From Ancylonema sp. (Eukaryota): a DNA stretch of 64,000 bases. The stretch is from positions 1 to 64,000 of the forward strand of contig JBFLGF010000126.1 in NCBI GenBank assembly GCA_050230475.1, read 5' to 3'. The notes under the pieces are model-generated. The model did no database searches and was not told the origin of the DNA. It saw nothing but the letters and a program-made list of their open reading frames with translations. Positions 12,601 to 22,853 of the stretch are shown here, piece after piece. The translations under genes and the position numbers were made by a program. Within the stretch, counting starts at the first letter, position 1. Every line of letters starts with the position of its first letter.

Positions 12601-14696
12601 AAAATCACCTTGTTCTCCAGCCTCTCACCCCTTCGTTTACAGTCAATAATAATAACAACAAAAACAAATGTAACAATCTGAGTAAGACATCCCACTCACA
12701 ACGACTAGTGTATTACTAACTTGCCAGACAGATAGCTGCACGGGGTAGGAACGCAAATGGGTCGAACCTGAAAACGGTAAAATATTAAGTTTCGTAGCTC
12801 TGTGTTACGGCCACTACTCACATCGTCCAGCAAGCATCCAGCAATTATCCAGTACCTCGCCTCGATGCCATGCATATGCTGGCACACCTAATCCTGGCAC
12901 ATCTAATCCTGGCACATCATTGCAGAGCAATCCGGTTCAGAGTGATATCCGTTATAGGCTCACAACTGGTTTTCTGTTGCCTACAACGTATAAACTTGTA
13001 ACCTGTACGTGCACTTTGCACCCCAGCATTGTGCGCGACCCCCCACCCCTGGGATCGGCCAACTCCTAGCCCGTGCTGGCCAACCTCCCACCCTGACCAT
13101 ATCAAGATCATCAATTAGGAAAATGGCCAATCCCTGGGGTTGCGCTGAATGCTGCTTGCAGTGGTTATATGACTTGTGCCATGAATATGGCCGAACACAT
13201 GCAATCATCACTTTTAAAATTAGAAGTTGTGCATGATTTTGTGTATCACATGAAGTTTTACATTCGTTCATATTGGGGCGATTGAGACTTCCGACGTGAT
13301 ACAATCCGAAAAATTGATGTGATTTGGGTATCACCAAGTAATACTCATCGCACAACTGCGATAGAGAAACACGTGCACGATCGCAAAAGCACATGTAAAC
13401 AAACTAGCGATTTCTTCATACGGGACATGTTTCTTTCCCCCTCTTTTGTCACCTCGAGGCTTGATGTTGGCTTGGAAGAGGGGGGTGGTGTATGATCGTC
13501 AGGGACGGTGGTTCGGAGTGTGCGATGGAGTAGGTGGCGAGGGAAGAGCTCGAACGGGGGCGAAGAAAGGGGCGTGAGGTGGTAGTGCAAATGGCACCTA
13601 CGAGCGAAAGGCCCACTAGCACTCAAGTCCCGCTGTGGTAGGTGCTTTGATTGCTCTTGGATATATGGCAAGCTCTCTGTGCGACTTCAGTGGCATTCAC
13701 AAATTGTGCACTCCGGAGGTGCCGCTCGGGAGTGATATGGAGAAAAACGCGTTACTCGTAGATTGGGCCAGCTCCAACACCTCCAAGATCTTCAAGGGGC
13801 CATACGTTTGATGTTGCAGCTATTTGCTCACCAAACCTCTAAAATGCATAGTTTTTCCACCCAACTCAAGTGCTTCTTGTGGCCGGCGTTTTTAGAAGTG
13901 TGTGGAGAGGTATGTCCTTTTGGTTTTGGGAGAGTCTTGTCTGCCTTCCGATCGTGGATTATTTTTGCTTGTAACCAAATTAGGTGTGCAATCGTTACAT
14001 TTGACTCGTAATGTCAATCAAGTGAGGCACAATCGTTGCGTAGTAACGATTAGATAGCTTGGATTGGGACACTCAGCGCTATGAAACGCAAGGGTATCAC
14101 GCGGGGACGCATGTCATGCATCCCCATCAAAAGGAGGTTCCCAATCGGGTCAAAACCATTTGCTTTTGGATCTAAAACATGTGGACAACCTAGACGGCAA
14201 TTACCAACAAATAACAAATTTTACGTAACAAATTTTTTGAAGCCAAGTTCGAAGGAAGGGCTGTCTAGAAGGGTTTTAGAGCATGCATTAGCCATTCCAT
14301 GTCACCAAGCGTATGTATAGCATTGTTCGGTAGCAATCATCTATCAGTGAGGTGCTTAATCTAGCACACGATTGTCTTAAAAGTTATATTATAGTCCACA
14401 CAAGACTGAGGATTTTTTTCAATTCGATGCACTTTCTGATATATTTTGTATTTAATGGGAGTTTGTTGAAGGTTGAGTTTATGAGAAATTCGACAACAAA
14501 TTTCACTTCTGGTTGGCATCTTCCACTTCAACCCAATCCTTCTCAATATCTCATTTCGAATACTACTCTTTCACATTTACTTTCGAGAGTCGGAGGACCC
14601 GGTTCCCCGACTATCAAGTCAGAACAAGCCTCATTATTTTTGTACAACACATCCTTTTTGGGTTTCATTCCCACCACCAGCCAACAAATCAACCCT

Positions 14697-16467
14697 TCAA
14701 CGAATCCCAACCACCCCTGGATCTCCAATGCCTCTCTTTAGCACCTCCCCAGCGGCTGCTGCCACCCTGCCTTCTATTTCCCCCGCCAATGTCGCCACTG
14801 TGACCGCATACGAGATAGAGTTGTTGTACTTGAGCAGCGCTCGGAAGTTGGGCCCCACCAGATACGCCTTCCCTCGCACTCCATCGGGAGCCAGCTGCAC
14901 ACGACACCTGTCAGCGTGACGTTGTTCCTCCCCTTCCCTTTCAACCGCCAGGCCCTCACCAGACTCGCTTGGAGATCGGAGGGCAGATTGGGCGCCAGCA
15001 CCCCATACTGCCGCGACCATTCCTCCACCGCCTTCACCGAGTCCAGCCCCTGGACCTTTGGAGGGGTTGTAAGATTCACCTGGGCTAGAGCCCTCTGCTC
15101 TTTCTGCCACCCGTGGCGGCGGAGATAATTCGCCATGGAGGCAAAAACATCTGCAGGGGATGTCCAAATGTCTGCACCCCCAGCCCCCAGCCCCCCGCCC
15201 CCCCACTGCTGTCACAGGGTGTGACAGCAGGGTGCGGCATGGAGTCCGTACCGGCCATCCCCTCCCCCTCCATGCGGACGGCATAGGCTGTATAGCTCGA
15301 GGGCATGAACTGACATTGACCCATAGCCCCTGCCCACGAGCCCTGCAGGCGCTCCTGGCCGCCTGCCGGGGTCACGCCTGCCTCCATCAAATCAAGGGCT
15401 GCCAGAAGCTCCCCCCGGAAGTAACGAGCTCGTTTTGGCTGCCTCCTGATTGCTCCCGTCAGACCTTTCTTTCGCTGCCGAATAGCAGCAAAGTGGGCGG
15501 CGTGGGCCCCACCTGGTCGCTATGGTAGGCAAGCGTGAGGATGGCCTGAATGCAGTCGAAGTTTCCGCAATTTCTGCCGAAACTGCTCTCCACCCCCCAC
15601 AGGGCCACCAGGACGGACGGCGGCACCCCAAACCTCTCCTCCACTTTAGTGAGCAACGCCTGGGGGGCGTAATACGCCTCTAGCCCGCGCTTCACAGTGA
15701 ATGCGGTTACTGTCCTGCAAATATGAAGTAAAGAATGAGGCACGCGGGAAGGCGGGGAGGCGGGGAGGCGGGGAGACGGGGAGGCGGGGAGGCGGGAAGG
15801 GGTGCTGGGGGCTGGGGGCTGGTGCGTACCTGTCGACATAGGCCTGTAGCGAAAGGGCTTTCTCAGGCTGACTCGTCTCCCGCTGCATGACTCGCTTGAG
15901 AGGTTGGATTCCGGCCAAAGCGCGCTCAGCTGTTGCGGGGGACACACCTCGCTCGAGAGCCTCTACTCGCACACCTGCAATCCACTTCTGCAGCTTGTGT
16001 TGCTCCGCTGCTCCCGCTCGGCTGAGTCCCGCAGAGGCGAAAGGAATAGAACAACCGACATGGAAGGTTGGGAAGCATGAGGGTCTGCCAAAACCGCATT
16101 GCGGTCGATCAAGAGAGGAGGCATCGACCGCCAACGACTGTGGCAGGCGTGGGGCCAAGTTGTAACAGCCGTGAAGTGATGAGGAAGCATTTGAGCATCC
16201 CCACGGAAGAAATCGGGATGTCAATGACAAGAAGACAGCACTGACTACGGCAGGGAGAAGACGAAGGAGAATAGCTTGTAATTTCCCAACATTTATCCAA
16301 AAGGCCTCCTGTTTTGCCTGGTGGACATCTCTCCTTCTGTTGTCGGACGATAATCGACTCGTACAGAAAAAAATCTTTCGAGTTCTCGAAATACTGTACG
16401 GTGAGATGCGTTGAGGAGAGGTGATAATGTGCAGAGGAGGACGTAGGGCCAGCGCAGTGGCGACCAT
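14697..16467 (-). CDS. mltB: Lytic murein transglycosylase B-like (SLT_2/MltB family) with putative plastid transit peptide, 5 exons
   Basis: Exons about 16467-15830, 15714-15513, 15438-15252, 15171-14960 and 14894-14697. Motifs VALWGVESSFG (catalytic Glu), GSWAGAMGQCQFMPSSY, DIWTSPADVFASMANYL and NFRALLKYNNSISYA. Confidence 0.9.
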
Positions 16468-16881
16468 ACCTGCCACTCCTCCGCCGAGCTGGTTAGGGAT
16501 CCCTTCAGTCGACTCCAGATCACATATCACCAAACACCACAGACCAAATTGATGTACATACGAGATGATGTAAATAGAATACCAAACATCACAAACACTT
16601 GGTCGCAGGAATGCTGGGTTGCGGTTAACGGAACTTAACAACAGATATTTCCAAGTCAGCATACTTCCACGTGGCATAAAGCCAGACCGTGACGCATAAC
16701 TGCATCCTCGGCGCCTCCCGTAAAGAACGCTGTGAGTCTGCACAAAAGTGCTTTGTGGGCTCTGTCAATCGTTGACACATTCCCAAAGATAATTTTGTGA
16801 GGAGCATGTAGTAACAGCTTCTGTCGAACGAAATCAGGATTTACCATTACTCTGAATCTCATCAGAGAATAACATATCAAA

Positions 16882-19800
16882 ATGGCGCTGCAATGTGGCT
16901 CCAGTCTGGTCCAGCTTACCACCCCGCACATAGACACTCCGTCCCGTCAGTTCTCGTCTTACATGGGGCTCAGCACCAGAAGTCTTCGAGCTACCTTGAT
17001 CAAATCTGTAGCATCCAAAAAAGAGTTTCTCTGTCAAATCTCCGCCACTAGTCTGCAACCCCGAAGGCAGGAGTCAGAGTTGAGACCTGTCACAGCGGAC
17101 GACATGCGAGAAAACCTTCTCAAGCCCCTCAGGTTATTTCCCTTGCACCTTTCGAAGTGTCCGCACTTTGCCGACCTTGGAGTAACAAGACGAAGATCAT
17201 ACGTGTTTCAACACATTTATCCCGAAGCGCTCATGTTAATTTCTCAGCCTTGTTAGCCTTATGTTGCTCGTCTTCGGTATCCCTTACTGCAAGATCACTT
17301 CAAGAGCACTTCTGGCCCCAAATAATTACTACAGAAATCTGGAATCACGCATGGTTTGATTTTCTTTCTCGAAAATTTCTCAGAAATTTGGTATTGGAAG
17401 ATAGTCTCAAACGAGGAGGTTCAGGAATATGTGACCCTTGACATGCGTCACCTGACATCACAAATGGTCTCTGATCCGGAAATGCAGTAGAGACGTCTCG
17501 CAGTCGGCATTGCATCAAGATTCTCAAACACCACGGAACCTAACAGCCTTTCCCGATTTTCATTGAATCCTCCCACGTGCGAGAAAAGATCCGTACATCA
17601 GTCATCTGCTGTACCTCCATGATGGCATCAGGCCATCTGCAGCCACCTCTCATGCTCCCCATCCCCATCCCCTCCCAGCCTCACCTATGAAGACCAGCGC
17701 CGATCTGCTGAGGGCGTTTTCACACAAGAAATGGCCGATCAGGATCTGTTTGATTCAAACGAGGGCAACTATCTGCCACGAAGCACATGGGTGCAACCGA
17801 CATTTCAGAGGAAGACCAAAATCGTGTGCACCATCGGGCCGACCAGGTCCGGCCCACCTCTCCCTCACCCCCTGTTTCATCCTTTTTTTTGCTTCGTTTC
17901 CTTTCAGTGACTACACAGATGCTAACCCCTGAGAGGCTCCCAACATATGGGAACGCTGAAGGGGAAGTGAAAAATGGAAGAAACTCCTTTGTTCGAAATA
18001 TATACCTCCGCCCCTCCTAGTCCCCCCCCTCTAGTCCTTCTGTTGTAACCTCCTGCACTGCCACCCTCTCAACTCCCTGCTATTGCCCTCTCCTGGCCCT
18101 CCAGCAACACCCCCGACATGATCTCAAAGCTGGCAGAGGCAGGCATGAATGTTGCTCGTCTCAACATGAGCCACGGGGCCCACGCCAGCCACCTGAACGT
18201 CATCAAACTGGTTCGCGCATACAACGAACAGCCCAACTCGAACGTCATCGCTATCATGCTCGACACCAAGGTACGAACTGACACCTGTCCACAGACAGAC
18301 TGAGAGAGACAGAAGTGGCCCCCCACCTCGCTTACCCTCCTCCCACTCCACCACACCTCCGATCCCCTTGCATCGAAACCACCCAACCCCTCCCTACAAC
18401 AAACCGTGCTCGTTATATCCGATCACCCCCCTCTCCCAGGGCCCGGAGGTGCGCAGCGGCGACATGGCGAACCCCGTCATGCTCAACAAAGGGGACCCTT
18501 TCACCTTCACCATTTCTCGGGGGGTGAGCACGCCCACCTCGGTTTCCGTGAACTACGACGGGTTCATCGGTGACGTGGCAGTGGGGGATACTGTGCTGGT
18601 GGACGGGGGCATGATGGCGTTCCTGGTCACGGAGAAATCGGGGAATGAGGTGAAGACGGAGGTGGTGGATGGGGGGGAGCTGAAGTCGAGGAGGCATTTG
18701 AACGTGCGGGGGAAGTCGGCAACTCTGCCTTCCATCACTGGTGAGGGACCAAGGGGTTCAGGGGTTCAGGGTTTCAGGGTTCTAGGGTTCTAGGGTTCTA
18801 GGGTTTTAGGGTTGAAGGGTTTCAGAGTTTCAGAGTTTCAGGGCTTCAGGGTTTTAGGGTTTTAGGGTTTCAGGGGTTCAGGGTTTTAGGGTTTCAGGGG
18901 TTCAGGGTTTTAGGGTTTTTATGGTTGCAGTGAGAGTTTTTTGTGTTTTCTAGGGTCCTGATACATAGTGTTTTTAGAGAGTGCACCATGGATGTTGTTT
19001 GAGGGGGAAGGGTGGAGACCGAAGGATACCAACTTTCATTCAGAGGGTGAGAGGGTGAGAGCTGCGAGCTGGTGAAGCTCATGGTACGGCCGCGGTCTCC
19101 ACTCAGGCTTCCCCATACCCATCCATCAACTCATCGAATGTGTCGCTTCTGCCCGCGTGCAGAGAAGGACTGGGAGGACATCAAGTTCGGGGTGGAGCAT
19201 GGAGTGGATTTCTACGCCCTCTCCTTTGTGAAGGATGCCCAGGTGGTGCACGAACTCAAGGCCTTCCTCAAAGGTGAGCAGGGGAGGTAAGGAGGGTAAG
19301 GATGGGAGTCCTGGAGGGCCAGCAGGGGCCCAAATGAGACTATGGGACACTGTGTGGGGGGGAATCGCGTCTGGTTGACATTGAGAGGTGGGAGGGGGGG
19401 GGATGGGTGGTCAGAGAAAAATGCGGACATCAACGTGGTTGTCAAAATCGAGTCTGCTGACTCGATCCCCAACCTCCATTCCATTTTGGATGCGTCAGAC
19501 GGGGTAGTCTTTCGGCTCACCAACCTCCTCTGCATCTCTTTCACTTTTCATTCACGCTTTCCTCTTCCTTCCCCAGCTTCTTCTCTTCTCCAGAATTCTC
19601 CGCTCATTCTGCACGACAACAAGTACAGAGTTTTCAGTTTTCAGTACGATAACCAGACATCTAACAAACCCCACCCCTCCCCCCCAGGCCATGGTTGCCC
19701 GAGGCGACTTGGGTGCGGAGCTCCCCATCGAAGAGGTGCCCCTCCTTCAGGGCGAGATCATTCGGTTGGCGCGCTCCATGGGCAAGCCCGTGATCGTGGC

Positions 19801-21389
19801 CACCAACATGCTCGAAAGCATGATCGCCCACCCCACCCCCACCCGGGCCGAGGTCTCTGACATCGCCATCGCAGTGAGGGAGGGGGCGGATGCGGTGATG
19901 CTGTCAGGAGAGACGGCTCACGGAAAGTGAGGATGGGAGGGGGGGGGGGGGGGTCATTGATGGGGGGATGGGGAGGGAGTGGGGGGGGAGGAGAGAATTG
20001 TTGATGGTGGAGGAGTTGAGAGAAGCAAAGTCTCAGGTTTTGGGGTTTTTGGGTTTGTAGCATTCAGATTGAGTCGAGAAGAGCAGAGAGGGGTGAGGGG
20101 GCAGAGGGGTTGAAAGGAGCGGATTGGAGGTGAAGGGAGGAGTGGATGTTCAAGTGTGGCGTCTGGGGCTGGGGTTTGGGGGTTTATCAGGTACCCGCTG
20201 AAGGCCGTGCGGGTGATGCACACGGTGGCCATGCGGACTGAGGCCACCATGCCCGACACGCAGCCGCCCGCAAATTTGGGGAAGGCGTTCAAGGTGAGGA
20301 GAACAGGTGGAGGGCGCAGAGGAGGGCGGGGGTTTGTCGCGTGTGTGAAGATGGGGTGGTGGGATGATTGATCGTGGGTATGCAAAAGAATCGCACGATG
20401 CGTATGTGCACTTGGAGGATTGTATTGTTTTGGTTTTTTTCAGAGAGGTAGGGCAAGGGTTGGCCAGGTGGCGACATTCTTATTTGTTGGGTGCTGGTGG
20501 GGTTGGGGGTTTGTGGTTCAGAATCACATGAGCGAAATGTTTGCCTTCCACGCCACTATTATGTCCAACACCCTGGGGGCGTCCATCCTCGTTTTCACAC
20601 GTAGCGGGTTCATGGCGAGCCTGCTGAGTCACTACCGCCCTATGGGGACCACCTTCGCATTCACCAATGAGTGAGGGACGGGGGCCGGGGTGCTGAGCTG
20701 GCGTGAGATCGAGGAGATGAGATCAGATCGATGGTTCCGATGGAGATTGAAGATTGTTGTGACTGGTAGTGGGTGAGAAGAAGGTGTGGGATGGAGGGAT
20801 GGAGACACGTGGGCGCTGAGTCAGCTTGGTGACCTGTTGAGGGAATGAGTGCTAGTGAATGCCGGTGCGTTTCACTTCCTTGGATTCAATGGCTTACTTA
20901 ATTGGTCGGTTGGTTGGTTGGTTGGTTGGTTGGTCGGTTGGTTCAGCAAGCGTGTCCAGCAGCGGTTGGCTCTGTACCACGGAGTGCGAGCCATCCACAT
21001 GCCGTTCAGCGGGCAGGCAGAGGAAACCTTCACAGAGGCACTGCAGATACTGCTGGTCAGTCACTGTACAATCACTTCCGATTGTGGGCCCCCCCTTTTG
21101 TTGTGTTCTGAGCAAGAGGAGAGAGCAAGTGGGCAAGGGAAGAGAGAATGTGTGCCAAGTCTTGAACGGAACGCATGCTTGAACCCCCATCGAGTATTGG
21201 AAGAGACGTGTGGATCCTTGTGCATCTTTCTTGTTGTGTTGATGAGGGGTCCGGGGGTTGGGGTTTTGGGATGTGCAGAAGAGGGGGTTGGTGAAGACAG
21301 GGGAGGATGTGGCGTTGGTGCAAAGTGGGCGGCAACCTATATGGAGAACGGAGTCCACGCATCACATTCAAGTGCGAACCGTGCGGTGA
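16882..21389 (+). CDS. PKP: Plastidial pyruvate kinase (PKp beta-type), multi-exon
   Basis: Transit peptide MALQCGSS...; [65 protein letters not shown]-terminus [25 protein letters not shown]. Confidence 0.95.
18753..18920 (+). repeat. Degenerate telomere-like array (TTTAGGG/TTCAGGG/TCTAGGG) in a PK intron
   Basis: Direct reading of about 20 imperfect 7-8 nt units immediately after the splice donor. Confidence 0.8.
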
Positions 21390-22853
21390 ACCGAGAGCGA
21401 CACAACAACGCAAGAGACGGAAGGGTTAGGGTGGTTCCAAATTTAGCGCCAATTGTTGTCTTTGTGGAGCGGAGTCTATCAGGGGGACTCATGTTTTGGT
21501 GGTGCTTAGGTCTTTGCTTTATGCAAACGATTGGGTTGATTGGTGGCGATTAGACTCGTGGAGAGAGAAGTGTGTTATCGATTTTCTAGTGTTTATGAAT
21601 TGGTGCAATCCACACATTGCACCACCTTAAGATGTGTCATTGACCGCATATTGTAAGATTTGTGGAACCCGCATATTTTTCATTGCTCAAATTCTTACTA
21701 GTACTTGATTAGTGTTCAATTGTCTTCAAGCTTGTCTTCAAGTTTCTAGCAAACAAAAAGGTGTCGAGGATCGAGGTTGAGGTGATATGATTGTTTATTG
21801 CGGATTTGGAATGTGTGTGCGTGTCATATCTTACACGAGTACAAGGCAACTCTATGGCGAGCAGCAACGCCCAAAAAGGCCTTTAAGAACTAGCATAGAC
21901 AATCTTCAATTTTGTGGGTTTGGAAATGACAATTGATTTGTACACGCTGTGTGGAAGTCCGCAGTCGTTGCTTTTGTTGCCGATTGGAGACTATTGCTAG
22001 GACGAATCATACAATTGCGGAATGGGAATAACACATATTTAATGCACTTTCCTCCATGTGCTTTTGCGGCACTGTAGAACTCTAGGAGGTTGCTAACTCT
22101 GGGTAGCACTTCATCGTTCTTAGTCACATGTGGTTGGCTCACGGTTCTACTTGTATTGCTTTGCAAAAACGAATTTCTCGTCTTTAATTAGCAAGGTCTT
22201 AATTCACACAAACGTCATGCACTCTCAAATATTACCGGTTCCACATTTCACATCTTTTCCATCTTCTCCATCTTCTCCGTCTCATACAAATATTTTTCTC
22301 CCTTTGCCACGTTTCTCCTTACACTATATACAACATCTTGATTAGTTGCAACCTCAATTCGCCCTCGAAATTTTGAAAGTGCTCCGCAAACCTAAGTTTT
22401 TGAACCCATGCCTCACCAATAACTGGCCATCCCATTGAGTATCCGACAAGCCTCTACTTCGATCATCAACGCAATAATAACATTACACCTCGGTTGCTCC
22501 AACGAGACCACCACCATAAATACGGCCACCCTTTCAACCAGTGAACCTTTTATGATCAACTCAAACCCACCCTAGCCCAGACAAAATTCTCAACTAATCT
22601 CAAGCTCGGCTCGAACCATACCCCAACCCCCAACCCCCAACTGCATTTCAAATGTCAGCTCCAATACAACCAAATTTCTGGAAGTCTCTTCACAAGTCTT
22701 TTAGGAAATCGGTGATGATCGAATATACCATCTCCACGTCCTCCACATGCGGGTAGTGCCCCACCCCCGCAATCACTTCATATTTCACTTTCTTTGTGCC
22801 GCACAACGCCTTGACCACCTCCAGCGCCTCCTCTACAGGGTTGCTGAAATCCG
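21346..22853. repeat. 1508-bp direct repeat, copy 1 (PK 3' end, intergenic region, hydrolase last exon)
   Basis: Matches 24191-25698 at an offset of 2845 bp. The ORF track shows identical 86-aa and 71-aa ORFs in both copies. Confidence 0.97.

Noticed and set aside
13400..14340. gag-like remnant
   Set aside because: Only weak, stop-ridden hints and no LTR or TSD found.
14697..16467. Bacterial contamination as the source of mltB
   Set aside because: It has GT-AG introns and a transit peptide and is contiguous with plant nuclear genes.
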